A stretch of DNA of 63,881 nt, filler included. It is 7 parts of 7 records of this genome, joined end to end, with 100 filler letters (N's around TTAATTAATTAA, not from the genome) between each part and the next. Parts side by side here need not be neighbours in the genome. Positions count along the whole stretch, not along the records: positions 25,678 to 31,209 come from SRR2962707_4515; positions 31,310 to 50,992 come from SRR2962707_4518; 5 more parts are not named here. One strand, 5' to 3'. Both the position numbers and the translations under genes were made by a program. Positions 28,957-39,833 of this stretch are shown piece by piece; the first letter of the stretch is position 1; the number at the start of each line of letters is the position of its first letter. The notes under the pieces were generated by a model. It saw only the letters and a list, made by a program, of their open reading frames with translations, did not search any database and was not told where the DNA came from.

Positions 28957-30999
28957 CTATTTTGCGTTTTCATTAGCCTGAATGGTCAGTCCCAAAAGGT
29001 CCGCTATCGCAGGTGGTTGCATGCCGCCGGCCGCCAGCACGCCAAACGGAACAGGTGCATCGGGTGCCAATGTGATGATCAGGTGCTGTGGATTGCTAAA
29101 CCAATCGACAAGCTCGGTCAGTGCGTTTGACAGGCGAGGATACTGCGCGAATTTTTCCTGCGTTTGCATCAGGACCATTGCGCCAACCAGTTGCAAGTCC
29201 TCGGCGGTTTGGCCATTGCCCTGTGCCGCCAGCCTGAGGAATATTTTCACCAGTTTTTCACCTTGAACCTCAAGACGGGCAGCGTTGAAGCTTGTTTTGG
29301 TCAAGGCGATTTGGCGTAGTTTTTCGGTCTGATCAAGGCGGGTTGAAGTCAGTTCGCCCATGATTTCAGGTGTCAGATTACCAACACTTGCCGAAAGGCT
29401 GATGCTGCCAATGTCGTCGATAGATGTTTCTTCGATGTCGTAGGTATAGACACCGCTTTGATCATCCCACGTGATATTGATTTTGCCATTGAGGCTGACA
29501 CGGTCAAAGTTTTCGAGGCCGATCATACTGGCGATCAGATCTTTCACCGGTGAGGTGTCGGGAAGTTCGATGTACATTCCCTGAACGGCGCTGCGGCCCT
29601 TTTTGGCAAAGGTGGTGCCGTTTCCGTCAAAACGGACGGGATCACCGATGCTGGCCGACGCACGATCAATGCCAAACTTAAGGTTCTTGTTGGCATCAGT
29701 GTTGCCTGATAGCGAAAGGTCGGACACCAGGAAGCTTTCATAGACCATCGGTGACAGCAGAATGCCAAGATCACCAAGTGTCTGGTTTTGAGCCTTTTCG
29801 ATCTGTGCCATCGGATCGTTGCTTGTCGGGGTGCCGTACATTTCAACAATTTGTTGCATACGGCTTAAAGACACTTTCGATATTTCGAAATGGCCAAGTT
29901 TGAAAACCGGCTTGTCTTCATGGTCCATCAGGTCGAACTGAAAATCTGAAACTGCCAGTTTAGCAACCTCGCCGTCTTTCAGGCCGTTGACGGCAATGCT
30001 GCCAAGTTTGGTGGTAAATTCGTCCTGAGAACTCGACATTTCGGTGACAGAGAAAGCATCGACCGACAGGTTATCAATCAGATGCTGCCATTCGCGGGCA
30101 TCCAATTTATTGTTGCTATCAAATGCGTCAGAGCGAATGGATTGTTTCAAATTGGTCAGCGCAATTTCGCCAAAGCTGATTTGCGGTTTGTCGTCTTTGG
30201 AGGCTGTCACTTCGGTCAGGCTTATGGCCTGTGCGCCAGATGAGCTCAGACCATCAAAGCCAAAGCTGGCAAGGGTGATTTTTTCTTTGTCAGCCCGTTC
30301 AAGCAGCACGCCGGTTCCCGACAGGGCAGAGCAAAGATCGAAAGGCTTTTCAGATAAGTCGAAGGCTGTTTCGAACGACTGGGTGACGTCGCAATCTGAA
30401 AAAGAAGCCGTTTCAACAGAAAGGCTTTGTTTTTCAGACGGAAGCACCAGGCTAAGGTTTTGTAAGGTTAATCCCCCAAGTCGGCTTTCGGTAATGTCCT
30501 CAAGAGCGATCAGATCGGCCTTTGCCGTGCGGCCTAAACCGTCTTCGACGTGAATTCCGGGCAGTTCGGCAGCCTTGGCGGCGTAGTGAATAGCGCCATC
30601 CTTCTGGATAATGCGAAGATCAATTAAGGAGGGTGCCGGGGACGATAGACGCGCGTCTTTGTTTTCGATCTGTCCGTTGTCGACGGTGACCGATCCCGCC
30701 AGAGTATCGCCAAACGGATTGGCATTCAGCAGCGTCAGCCAATTGACCTGTTCGAACTTTACGGCATCTCCGGTGATGGTGGCGCCGTTGGCGGTGCGCA
30801 GCGACACATCGGTTGCCGACATGGTGCCGCCAAACAGCGAGAGTGCGAAGTTATCAAACTCGCCGTGCAGCTCTGATCTGGGATTGGTCAGATAGCTGCG
30901 GAACTGATTTTCAAAGAAAGAAGGGGCGGCAAAATGCGCAGCGGTGGCCGCGATTGCAACGACAGCAACGCCGCCAATAATAATTTTAGTTTTGCTCAT
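28957..30999 (-). CDS. Large (680 aa) membrane-anchored, beta-rich exported hypothetical protein
   Basis: The likely start is MSKTKIIIGGVAVVAIAA (N-terminal anchor). It has repeated amphipathic beta patterns (..L.GL..G....L.L..L) and a C-terminal F..NP..LIITLAP..PVPF segment. Confidence 0.8.
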   Translation of the reverse strand: MSKTKIIIGGVAVVAIAATAAHFAAPSFFENQFRSYLTNPRSELHGEFDNFALSLFGGTMSATDVSLRTANGATITGDAVKFEQVNWLTLLNANPFGDTLAGSVTVDNGQIENKDARLSSPAPSLIDLRIIQKDGAIHYAAKAAELPGIHVEDGLGRTAKADLIALEDITESRLGGLTLQNLSLVLPSEKQSLSVETASFSDCDVTQSFETAFDLSEKPFDLCSALSGTGVLLERADKEKITLASFGFDGLSSSGAQAISLTEVTASKDDKPQISFGEIALTNLKQSIRSDAFDSNNKLDAREWQHLIDNLSVDAFSVTEMSSSQDEFTTKLGSIAVNGLKDGEVAKLAVSDFQFDLMDHEDKPVFKLGHFEISKVSLSRMQQIVEMYGTPTSNDPMAQIEKAQNQTLGDLGILLSPMVYESFLVSDLSLSGNTDANKNLKFGIDRASASIGDPVRFDGNGTTFAKKGRSAVQGMYIELPDTSPVKDLIASMIGLENFDRVSLNGKINITWDDQSGVYTYDIEETSIDDIGSISLSASVGNLTPEIMGELTSTRLDQTEKLRQIALTKTSFNAARLEVQGEKLVKIFLRLAAQGNGQTAEDLQLVGAMVLMQTQEKFAQYPRLSNALTELVDWFSNPQHLIITLAPDAPVPFGVLAAGGMQPPAIADLLGLTIQANENAK

Positions 31000-31108
31000 G
31001 TGGCCCTGCCTGGGTGCGTTTGAAGATGCATTATTTGGATGATTGTATTTCAACACCTTCTGGCGTGCGCGATGCGGTGTCAACCCACCCTAAGGAACAG
31101 GAAAGCAA

Positions 31109-31139
31109 ACGGGCCGGGCTACTTTGTAGCCCGGCCCGT
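31109..31139 (-). terminator. Intrinsic terminator
   Basis: ACGGGCCGGGCTAC-TTT-GTAGCCCGGCCCGT perfect 14-bp stem, with a T-rich tail on the minus strand. Confidence 0.8.
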
Positions 31140-31169
31140 GGGTATCATCGTGGCAATTTGATCGGTTGA

Positions 31170-31209
31170 TCAGACCATTTTGTCGAGTTCGTTGATCAGG
31201 GCTTCGCCC
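31170..31209 (-). CDS. C-terminal 12 residues of a truncated gene (LeuB-like ending)
   Basis: GEALINELDKMV* directly before a terminator. It resembles 3-isopropylmalate dehydrogenase C-termini but is too short to be sure. Confidence 0.35.
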
Positions 31210-31309
31210 NNNNNNNNNNNNNNNNNNNNNNNNNNNNNNNNNNNNNNNNNNNNTTAATTAATTAANNNNNNNNNNNNNNNNNNNNNNNNNNNNNNNNNNN
31301 NNNNNNNNN
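31210..31309. other. Artificial contig spacer
   Basis: 44 N + TTAATTAATTAA + 44 N. Confidence 0.99.
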
Positions 31310-31864
31310 CACCTGGTTCAGGATACGCGGCAGGGTCGCCGCTTCCAGTTCCTTGAAGTCCAGGTCTTTGGGGTTGTCGGCAATATCACGCGGGGTCGCA
31401 GTGATCTTGCTTTCGTCCTTCAGGGTAATCAGGCCCGCTTTCTGCAGCAGCAGCAGAGCACGTCCACCGTTGGTGGGGTCGTTGGGGATGGCTACAACCG
31501 CACCTTCTTTCAGCTCGTCCAGAGACTCGATCTTGCTGGAGTAGGCGCCGAACGGCTCCACGTGAACGCCGGTCACAGTCACCAGGTTGGTGCCACGGCC
31601 GTCGTTGAACTCATCCAGGTACGGCTGGTGCTGGAAGAAGTTGGCATCCATACGCTTCTGATCAACCTGGATGTTGGGCTGCACGTAGTCGGTGAACACC
31701 TTCACATCCAGCTCCACACCCTGTTCCGCCAGGGCCGGCTTCACGAATTCCAGCAGCTCGGCGTGGGGTACCGGAGTCGCGGCCACGGACAGCTGTTCTG
31801 CCGAAGCAGCGGTCGAGAAGGTTGCAACAGCGGCCAGAGCCACCAGAGTTTTCTTCAGGTTCAT
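31310..31864 (-). CDS. metQ: Methionine ABC transporter substrate-binding protein (3' truncated)
   Basis: ATPVPHAELL, FTDYVQPN, DANFFQHQPYL and IPNDPTNGGRAL. Confidence 0.93.
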
Positions 31865-31883
31865 AACAAATCTCCTGCGTTAA

Positions 31884-32561
31884 TTATTTACGGCTGAAAT
31901 ACAGAACCAGGCGATCGCCCGCCATCTGCAACACCTGCACAAAGATCACCAGCAGGGCCACGGTAATCACCATGACGTCGGTCTGGAACCGCTGGTAACC
32001 GAACCGGATCGCCAGGTCGCCAAGGCCGCCGCCACCAATAACGCCAGACATGGCTGCGTAAGACACCAGGGTAATGGCCGTTACCGTAATGCCCGCGATA
32101 ATGCCGGGAAGTGCCTCCGGCAGCAAGGCACCAAAGATGATTTGCCGAACATTCGCACCCATCGCCTGGGTTGCTTCAATAATGCCCCGGTCCACCTCCC
32201 GCAAGGAGGTTTCCACCAGGCGGGCAAAGAATGGAGCACCACCGGCCACCAACGGGGGAATCGCGCCGGCCACCCCCAGGGAGGTGCCGATCAGCATTAC
32301 CGTGAACGGGATCATCACAATCAGCAGGATGATGAAGGGCACCGAGCGCAGCACGTTCACAATGAACGACAGGATGGCGTAGGCCACCGGCTGTTCCAGC
32401 AACTGACGCTTGCCGGTCAGGAACAACAGCACACCGATTGGCAAGCCAACCAATACGCTGAACAACAGCGACATGCCCACCATCACCAGGGTATCCCAAC
32501 TGGCCCAGCCAATTTCGGCCCAGTCCACGTTCCCCATAAGGCTTTCCATCAAGGCTTCCAT
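31884..32561 (-). CDS. metI: Methionine ABC transporter permease
   Basis: LRSVPFIILL, PFFARLVE and GGGGLGDLAIRFGYQRF. Confidence 0.94.
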   Translation of the reverse strand: MEALMESLMGNVDWAEIGWASWDTLVMVGMSLLFSVLVGLPIGVLLFLTGKRQLLEQPVAYAILSFIVNVLRSVPFIILLIVMIPFTVMLIGTSLGVAGAIPPLVAGGAPFFARLVETSLREVDRGIIEATQAMGANVRQIIFGALLPEALPGIIAGITVTAITLVSYAAMSGVIGGGGLGDLAIRFGYQRFQTDVMVITVALLVIFVQVLQMAGDRLVLYFSRK

Positions 32562-33568
32562 CAGCGCACCACCTCTACATGAACTTCAGCGGCTTCCAGC
32601 GCTTTCATGGCAACCTCCAGATCGCCGCCCACCAACGACAGGGTCAACTGGCCGTAGGGCGTATCCTTGATGTGATCAATCCTGCCCGAGAGAATACTGA
32701 AATCAACACCGGATTCCCGGGCAACACTGCCAAGCAACGGTTTGTAAGTGGATTCCCCCTTGAACGTCAGTCGCAGAATACGACCCTCGGCTTTCTGCAG
32801 ATCTTCCTGCAACTCATCGCGATCGACGTTTTCGCTTTCGAACACGAAATCCCGGGTGGTCGGGTGCTGGGGGTGCAGAAAGACTTCACTGACCGGCCCC
32901 ATTTCCACCACACGGCCGGCATCCATCACCGCCACCCGGTCACAGACACGGCGCACCACATCCATCTCGTGGGTAATCAGCACAATAGTCAGGCCCAGTT
33001 CCTTGTTGATGTCCGCCAGCAGCTTTAGTACCGACTGGGTGGTTTGTGGGTCCAGGGCGCTGGTGGCTTCATCGCACAGCAAAATAGTCGGTCTGCAGGC
33101 CAGAGCGCGGGCAATGCCTACCCGCTGTTTCTGCCCGCCAGACAACTGGGACGGATATTTGTTGGCATGATCGCTCAGGCTCACCCGTGCCAGCAGCTCA
33201 TCCACCCGACTGCGAATTTCAGCCTTGGAATAAATGCCCGCCAGCTTCATCGGGAAGGCAATATTGTCAGCCACCGTCTTGGACGACAGCAGATTGAAAT
33301 GCTGGAAAATCATGCCCACTTTGCGTCGGAAGGCCCGCAACTCTGCGGCGCTGTAGCGGGTGATGTCCTCGTCGTCGATCAGGATGCGACCGCCGGTGGA
33401 GGGTTCCAGTTTGTTGATCAGTCGGACAAGGGTCGATTTGCCCGCGCCGGAGTGGCCGACGATACCGAACACTTCACCGGTCTCGATGGTCATACTGGTG
33501 GGATGCAGCGCGGGGATCGCCCGGCCAGCCACCTGGTACGACTTTTCTACCTGGTCAAATACAATCAC
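32561..33568 (-). CDS. metN: Methionine ABC transporter ATP-binding protein
   Basis: [27 protein letters not shown] and a C-terminal NIL domain. Confidence 0.95.
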   Translation of the reverse strand: MIVFDQVEKSYQVAGRAIPALHPTSMTIETGEVFGIVGHSGAGKSTLVRLINKLEPSTGGRILIDDEDITRYSAAELRAFRRKVGMIFQHFNLLSSKTVADNIAFPMKLAGIYSKAEIRSRVDELLARVSLSDHANKYPSQLSGGQKQRVGIARALACRPTILLCDEATSALDPQTTQSVLKLLADINKELGLTIVLITHEMDVVRRVCDRVAVMDAGRVVEMGPVSEVFLHPQHPTTRDFVFESENVDRDELQEDLQKAEGRILRLTFKGESTYKPLLGSVARESGVDFSILSGRIDHIKDTPYGQLTLSLVGGDLEVAMKALEAAEVHVEVVR

Positions 33569-33768
33569 GATCAGTGCCTTGCAGATGCGTCGTTAAAACC
33601 GGCGATTATAGCCTATTCAGGGGGCAAACCCGAATCCCGCCCGGTGGCCGGCAGGTGGGTAGTTGCCCTTACACCAAAAGGTACCTGACAGACCCGTCCC
33701 GGCTCAGCTAAACTCGTATCCACAAAGAACATTAACAACTGTCCACCATTCCGAGGCGCGCCCCTTCC

Positions 33769-35187
33769 GTGACTACTCCGTCCGAAACTTCGCCCTCAAG
33801 GATGAACTCAACCCAGGCATGGGTTTCCTACCTGAGCAAGGTAGAGTTGCCGGTTTTGGCCAACACCCTCCGGCAGATCAACGAACTGACAGACAGCCGA
33901 AACAGCACCGTCAATGAGTTGGCAAACGTGATTCTCAATGATGCCCAGCTCACCTCTCAGGTGCTCCGGTTATCCAACACGGTGTTTTACAACCAGACCC
34001 GCACCCAGGTCAGCACGGTCAGCCGGGCCATCACGCTGATCGGCTTTGATGCCGTGAAGTCCATGGCGATTTCGTCTCTGATTGTCGATTCCCTGCTTAA
34101 ACGCAATGATCGCCCCCACCTGCTGCGATGCCTGGCCAGGGCGATTCACGCCGCGGTACAGGCCCGGTGTCTGATGCCCAAACGCACCGAGCACGCCCTG
34201 GAAGAAGTCTTTATCGGCGCTTTGCTGATGAACATTGGGGAACTGGCTTTCTGGTCCTGCGAAACCGAGCAGGCCAGCGAACTTGAAGAGCGCCTGCGGC
34301 TGGAAGAGCCCCCGGTCGAGGCCCAGAAAGCGGTGCTGCATACCACCTTTACCGAAATAACCCGCGGGCTGGTGGATGCCTGGTCGCTGGGACCGTTCAT
34401 CAAGGAAGTGGTAGCGCCGGGAAAAGCCAACTCCATGGCCAGCAGCCTGGTCCGCAACAGCGTCGAAATGGCCCGGGTGTCCGAGAACGGCTGGAGCGGG
34501 GCCGAGATGGACAAGGTGCTCGAGAAGCTCTCTGACGACATCGGTGAAACCCCCGCCGCCATCCGAGATCAACTCAAGGTTAACGCCCAGGAAGCCACCA
34601 AAGTGGCGGTTTCTCTGGGCATCCCGCAAGTGACCGCTCTGCTGCCGGGCAACCAGGAGTCAGCCCCCGATGCCCAGGCCCCGGCCATGGACTCCGATCT
34701 GCAACTGCAGATTCTGCGGGAGCTGACCCAGACCCTGGCGGAAAAACCGGACATCAATGAGGTCTGCCAGTTGGTGATTGAGGGGATTCACCGGGCCATC
34801 GGCATGCAGCGCGTAGCCCTGTTGATGACCGACCGCTCCGGCGAATTACTGGTACCGCGCAAGGTAGGTGGCCGCGGCACCGAAGAGTGGCGCGAGCACT
34901 TTGTCATCAAGAAAGACGGCACCGGGCCCCTTGGGCCGCTGTTGCCTCATGGCACCTGCGCCGTCTATGAGCCTCGAAAGCAGACCGAGGGCGTACCCTA
35001 CGACCGCTGGCTGGGGAAAGTTCCGGCGCTGGCAGGCTCGCTGAAAGCCAAGGGCCGATTGGTAGGCTTGTTCTACGCTGATAATGCGGCCGCAGGCTAT
35101 GTGCCATCGGAACAGCAATTGGCGGCGTTTGGCCACTTCATCCAGAACGCCCAGTTGTGCCTGACCCTGATGTCAGCACGAGGCTGA
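33769..35187 (+). CDS. HDOD-domain protein with C-terminal GAF-like domain
   Basis: LP.L, D..LTSQVLRLSN, TVSRAITLIGF and ALLMNIGEL. The C-terminal region EGIHRAIGMQRV..GRLVGLFYADN is GAF-like. Confidence 0.88.
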   Translation: MTTPSETSPSRMNSTQAWVSYLSKVELPVLANTLRQINELTDSRNSTVNELANVILNDAQLTSQVLRLSNTVFYNQTRTQVSTVSRAITLIGFDAVKSMAISSLIVDSLLKRNDRPHLLRCLARAIHAAVQARCLMPKRTEHALEEVFIGALLMNIGELAFWSCETEQASELEERLRLEEPPVEAQKAVLHTTFTEITRGLVDAWSLGPFIKEVVAPGKANSMASSLVRNSVEMARVSENGWSGAEMDKVLEKLSDDIGETPAAIRDQLKVNAQEATKVAVSLGIPQVTALLPGNQESAPDAQAPAMDSDLQLQILRELTQTLAEKPDINEVCQLVIEGIHRAIGMQRVALLMTDRSGELLVPRKVGGRGTEEWREHFVIKKDGTGPLGPLLPHGTCAVYEPRKQTEGVPYDRWLGKVPALAGSLKAKGRLVGLFYADNAAAGYVPSEQQLAAFGHFIQNAQLCLTLMSARG

Positions 35188-35265
35188 TTGCGGGGTTTAC
35201 TGGAAAAATACAAAGCATCGACCATACTTCTTTTTCACAGGGAGCTCACCAAATCCGCTCTAGGC

Positions 35266-36720
35266 ATGGAGCATCAGACTGTGGAAATGGAAACCGCCAC
35301 AATGCGCCCCTCCCCGGCCGATGCCGTGGTGTTGCTGCGACCAGACGGGGTCGTGGAAGACTGGAACAGCGCTGCGGAGATCCTGCTGGGGTTCACGCGG
35401 GAAGAAGCCGTGCAGCAACCGCTAGCCGATCTTATCGAGCTCACGGATTCAGAACACCGTGCACTTACCCTGGATTTTGGTGACTGTGGACGCAGCCTGT
35501 CCACGCAGGGCCTGTGCCGGTCTAAAAAAGGGCAATCCTTTCCCGTCGAGGTCGTTTGCAGCCCGGTCGATGTTCAGGGCGACAGCCTGGTGGCTACCCT
35601 GATCCGGGATGTTTCAGAACTCAAGCGGGCCGAGCAGAAATTCCGGGGCTTACTGGAATCGGCGCCGGATGCCATCGTCATTGTCAAACAGGGCGGCCGC
35701 ATTGTGCTGGTGAACTCGCAGGCGGAATCCCTGTTTGGCTACCACCGGGACGAGATGATCGGCCAGAACGTCGAAATTCTTATGCCCGAGCGTTACCGGG
35801 GCCAGCATATTGGTCATCGGGATGGCTTTTTCAAAGATCCCCGCGTTCGCCCCATGGGCATGGGCCTTGAGCTGTTTGGTCTCAGAAAGGGTGGCATCGA
35901 ATTCCCCATTGAAATCAGTCTCAGTCCGCTGGAAACCGAAGAGGGCATACTGGTGTCCAGTGCGATTCGGGACATTACCGAGCGTAAACGCTTCGAGCGC
36001 GCCCTCCAGGATAAAAACCAGGAACTCGCCACCGCCAACAAAGCCAAGGACCAATTCCTGGCCAGCATGAGCCACGAACTACGAACTCCGCTCAATGCCA
36101 TTATCGGCTTTACCGGCACCTTGCTGATGGGCCTCCCCGGGCCACTGAACGACGACCAGAAAAAGCAACTCGGCACCGTGCGCTCCAGTGCACAACACTT
36201 GTTATCCCTTATTAACGACTTGCTGGACGTTGCGAAAATCGACGCGGGCAAACTCGAACTGAAGCCAGAGAACATCAATCTGAACCAGTTGCTCGAAGAA
36301 ATACACGGTACCTTCAGCCTGCAGGCTCGGGAAAAGGCACTCGAGCTTGGTCTGCAACTGCCCGATCAGCCCGTCAACCTGGAAACCGACCGACGCGCTC
36401 TGAGCCAGATCGTCATGAACCTGATCAGTAACGGCCTGAAGTTTACCCACCAGGGCGGCGTCTACCTCACCCTGATGCGCCCGAATCCCCAATCGGTGCA
36501 TGTTTGCGCCCGGGATACCGGCCCGGGTATTGATACCTCGGCTCAGGAAAACCTGTTTCAGCCCTTTTCACGCGGGGTGCTGTCATCAAGGCGCACGGAA
36601 GGCACTGGCCTGGGCCTGTACCTGAGTCAGAAGCTGGCCAACCAGTTGGGCGGCAACATCCAGCTTCAACGTTCCGATGCCAGCGGTTCGGAATTCCTTC
36701 TGAGCCTGCCGGGTGGATGA
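35266..36720 (+). CDS. Cytoplasmic PAS-PAS histidine kinase
   Basis: Two PAS domains (WNSAAE.LLG and VNSQAE.LFGY), [29 protein letters not shown] and GTGLGL. The start position is uncertain. Confidence 0.92.
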   Translation: MEHQTVEMETATMRPSPADAVVLLRPDGVVEDWNSAAEILLGFTREEAVQQPLADLIELTDSEHRALTLDFGDCGRSLSTQGLCRSKKGQSFPVEVVCSPVDVQGDSLVATLIRDVSELKRAEQKFRGLLESAPDAIVIVKQGGRIVLVNSQAESLFGYHRDEMIGQNVEILMPERYRGQHIGHRDGFFKDPRVRPMGMGLELFGLRKGGIEFPIEISLSPLETEEGILVSSAIRDITERKRFERALQDKNQELATANKAKDQFLASMSHELRTPLNAIIGFTGTLLMGLPGPLNDDQKKQLGTVRSSAQHLLSLINDLLDVAKIDAGKLELKPENINLNQLLEEIHGTFSLQAREKALELGLQLPDQPVNLETDRRALSQIVMNLISNGLKFTHQGGVYLTLMRPNPQSVHVCARDTGPGIDTSAQENLFQPFSRGVLSSRRTEGTGLGLYLSQKLANQLGGNIQLQRSDASGSEFLLSLPGG

Positions 36721-37109
36721 CCATGAAAGCCACCGTGCTGCTCGTGGAGGATGATATGGCCAGCCTGGAACTGGCCGCTTACCTGCTGGAGCATCAGGGC
36801 TATCGGATCCATCGGGCCGAGGATGGTCGCCAGGGCCTGGACATTGCGCGACGCCTGGCCGATCAGCTGGATCTGATTCTGAGCGATATTCAGATGCCCA
36901 ACATGGATGGCTATGAATTTCTCCGGGAACTGCGCGGGAACCCGGCTATGGCGGGCATTCCAGTCGTTGCCATCACAGCGTTTTCCATGCGCGGAGACGA
37001 GCAAGCCATCCTGAATGCGGGATTTGACGGTTATATTTCAAAACCCATTGATCCGGAACGTTTTACCACTCAGGTAGGCCAGTGGTTATCGGCTGAACCA
37101 CGGTCTTAA
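36717..37109 (+). CDS. Single-domain response regulator (DivK/CheY-like)
   Basis: LVEDD, LSDIQMP, AITA and GYISKP. ATGA overlap with the kinase. Confidence 0.92.
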   Translation: MTMKATVLLVEDDMASLELAAYLLEHQGYRIHRAEDGRQGLDIARRLADQLDLILSDIQMPNMDGYEFLRELRGNPAMAGIPVVAITAFSMRGDEQAILNAGFDGYISKPIDPERFTTQVGQWLSAEPRS

Positions 37110-37135
37110 CTTGCCAGCGTAAGGAGAGCGGTAAC

Positions 37136-39808
37136 ATGGCAAGGATACTTATTGTTGATGATCATGAACCCAACCGGGAGCTGGTTGCTTCCCTGGCGGG
37201 CTATCTGGGCCACGAGATTCTGGAAGCACCGGACGGCGAAAAAGCCCTTGCTGTCGTCCGGCGACACCGTCCGGACCTGGTGATCTGCGATCTGTTGATG
37301 CCAGTGATGGATGGCTATGAATTTGTGCGTCAGGTGCGACAGGATCCGCGCATTGCCGACACCGAAATCATGTTCTACACCGCCAACTATCATGAAGATG
37401 AGGCACGCACACTGGCCAGCCAGTTGGGAGTTCACCGAATCATCTTCAAACCCTGTGTGCCCGAGGACGTGCTCGAAGCCATAGAAAGCGCACTTCGCCC
37501 GACAGATTCTCCGCCAGAGCCCACTCAGGCGGTGGATGAAAACCGCTTCGACGCCGAGCATACCCGAGTCCTGACCGACACGCTGTCCCGCAAAAGCGAT
37601 GAACTGGAAAAGGCGAATCGACGGCTCGCCGCCCTCACCGAAATCAATCTTCAGCTTTCGGGAATGCGCGATGCCGGTCGTATGCTGGAGACGATCTGTC
37701 GCGATGCCCGCGCCCTGGTAGGCGCCAGCTATGGCATTCTGTGTGTCAACGAGAGCCACAACGGCGACCAGCAGATTCGGCTTTTCCTCAGTGGCTTCAG
37801 TCCCGAACTGAAACAACAACTCGCCTGCCCGGGAATCAATGACGGGGTTCCCGGTGCCGTATTGCGGGACAGACTCTCGAAAAGACTCCATGCCGGGGGC
37901 CATCAGGCACTGAAAATCGGTCTGCCAGAAGGCTATCCACCCGTTCAATCCTGCGTGGTTTCGCCCATCATGTCGGCGACGGAGGTTTACGGCTGGGTCT
38001 GCCTGATCAATCGCCTGGACGACGAGCCATTCAGTGAGGAAGACGAATGGCTCTGCAGCTCTCACGCAGCCATGGCTGGCCGGGTTTATGAGAACCGCAG
38101 CCTGTATCTGCAACTGGAGAGCCGGGCCCGCAAGCTGCAACTGTATGACCGGGCAATCGAAGAAAGCAGCAACGGCATTGTGATCTGTCTGGCCGATAAA
38201 ACACGGGATAACCCGGTCATCTACGCCAACCGCGCCTTCAGCATCATGACCGGCTACAGCCACGACGAGATCATCGGTCTGAGCCCCCGCTTCCTGCTGG
38301 CTAACGATCTGGCCCAGCCGGGACTGGAAAGGCTGCGCAACTGCATGCGACATGGCGGCTCTGCCCGAGCCATCCTCAGAAACTACCGGAAAGACGGCAG
38401 TCTGTTCTGGAATGAAGTAGCACTTGCCGCAGTCCATAACGAACAGGGCGAGATTGCGCATTTCATCAGCGTTTTCAATGATGTGACTGACCGGAAACGG
38501 TATGAGGCGGCGCTGGAGTATCAGGCCAATCACGATGACCTGACCGGGCTGCCAAACCGTAACCTGCTTCGGGACCGGCTGGAACATGCCATTGCCAAGG
38601 CGACACGCGAGCACACCAAGCTCGCGGTGCTGCTGCTGGATCTGGACCAGTTCAAACGCGTGAATGACGGTCTGGGCCACAAAATCGGCGATACCCTGAT
38701 TCAACGGGTTGCCTCCCGAATGAGTCAGTGTGTTCGTGACAGCGACACGGTGGCCCGCCTCGGGGGCGATGAATTCATGATTCTCAGTACCGATATCCGC
38801 GATGAGCGGGCGGCGGCCACCCTTGCGCAGAAGCTGCTTCGGCAGTTCCGACAGAAGGTAGCCATTAACGGCCATGAAATCATCGCCTCCGCCAGCATCG
38901 GCATCGCCATGTTTCCGAAGGATGGCGATAACGGCGATGAATTATTCCGGAATGCCGATACCGCCATGTACCGGGCCAAGGACGTCGGCAGAAATGGCTT
39001 TCAGTTCTATTCTGCGGAGATGAATAACCGCATGCGGGAGCGGCTCTATCTGGAACAGTCGCTCCGCAATGCCATTGGCCTGCATCAACTGTCACTCTGG
39101 TATCAGCCGAAACTGGATCTTGCCAGTGGCTCGGTCAAAAACGCAGAAGCCCTGATTCGATGGCGCCACCCCCAATTGGGCATGATTTCTCCCGGGGACT
39201 TTATTCCCATTGCCGAAGAAACCGGTTTAATACTGCCCATCGGCGCCTGGGTGATTGAAGAAGCCTCTCGCCAGCTCGCCGAATGGCGTGATCAGGAGAA
39301 CCAGGACATTCGGGTTGCCATCAACATCTCGGCCTATCAACTCAGTCATGGCAAACTCACGGATCAGGTTATCCAGGCCCTGGACAGCCTGGGACTGGAT
39401 CCGCAGTCACTGACCATTGAGGTGACCGAAACCGCCATCATGACCCAGATGGACAAGGCCGTTTGCGAGCTTCAGTCACTCAGGGAAATGGGCATTCGCG
39501 TCGCTCTCGATGATTTCGGCACCGGCTACTCAAGCCTGACTTACCTGAAACGTTTTCCGATCGATATCCTGAAAATTGACCGGAGTTTCGTCTCCGACAT
39601 CGCCGAAGACGAGGAAAGCGGGGCCATCGTCAAAACCATCATCAACCTGGCCCACAACCTCAACATGACCGTGGTGGCGGAAGGTGTGGAAACAGAGGCA
39701 CAATTGGAATTTCTGAGGACAAACGGATGCGACGAGGTACAGGGTTACTATTTCTGCAAACCCCTGCCGTCGGAAGAGTGCCTCGAGTTCCTGCGCTGCC
39801 GGCGTTAG
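37136..39808 (+). CDS. REC-GAF-PAS-GGDEF-EAL diguanylate cyclase/phosphodiesterase
   Basis: IVDD/CDLLMP receiver, GAF, PAS (YANRAF..MTGYS, NYRKDG..FWNE), RLGGDEF, AEALIRW and DDFGTGYSSL. Confidence 0.93.
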   Translation: MARILIVDDHEPNRELVASLAGYLGHEILEAPDGEKALAVVRRHRPDLVICDLLMPVMDGYEFVRQVRQDPRIADTEIMFYTANYHEDEARTLASQLGVHRIIFKPCVPEDVLEAIESALRPTDSPPEPTQAVDENRFDAEHTRVLTDTLSRKSDELEKANRRLAALTEINLQLSGMRDAGRMLETICRDARALVGASYGILCVNESHNGDQQIRLFLSGFSPELKQQLACPGINDGVPGAVLRDRLSKRLHAGGHQALKIGLPEGYPPVQSCVVSPIMSATEVYGWVCLINRLDDEPFSEEDEWLCSSHAAMAGRVYENRSLYLQLESRARKLQLYDRAIEESSNGIVICLADKTRDNPVIYANRAFSIMTGYSHDEIIGLSPRFLLANDLAQPGLERLRNCMRHGGSARAILRNYRKDGSLFWNEVALAAVHNEQGEIAHFISVFNDVTDRKRYEAALEYQANHDDLTGLPNRNLLRDRLEHAIAKATREHTKLAVLLLDLDQFKRVNDGLGHKIGDTLIQRVASRMSQCVRDSDTVARLGGDEFMILSTDIRDERAAATLAQKLLRQFRQKVAINGHEIIASASIGIAMFPKDGDNGDELFRNADTAMYRAKDVGRNGFQFYSAEMNNRMRERLYLEQSLRNAIGLHQLSLWYQPKLDLASGSVKNAEALIRWRHPQLGMISPGDFIPIAEETGLILPIGAWVIEEASRQLAEWRDQENQDIRVAINISAYQLSHGKLTDQVIQALDSLGLDPQSLTIEVTETAIMTQMDKAVCELQSLREMGIRVALDDFGTGYSSLTYLKRFPIDILKIDRSFVSDIAEDEESGAIVKTIINLAHNLNMTVVAEGVETEAQLEFLRTNGCDEVQGYYFCKPLPSEECLEFLRCRR

Positions 39809-39833
39809 CAGGGCCGGAACTCAAAGCTGGTGG

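Noticed and set aside
37106..38875. Long antisense ORFs (589 aa here; also 11686..13185, 41446..42834, 49496..50593, 19038..20108)
   Set aside because: These are shadows of well-supported genes in GC-rich, codon-biased DNA. They have no motifs or RBS.
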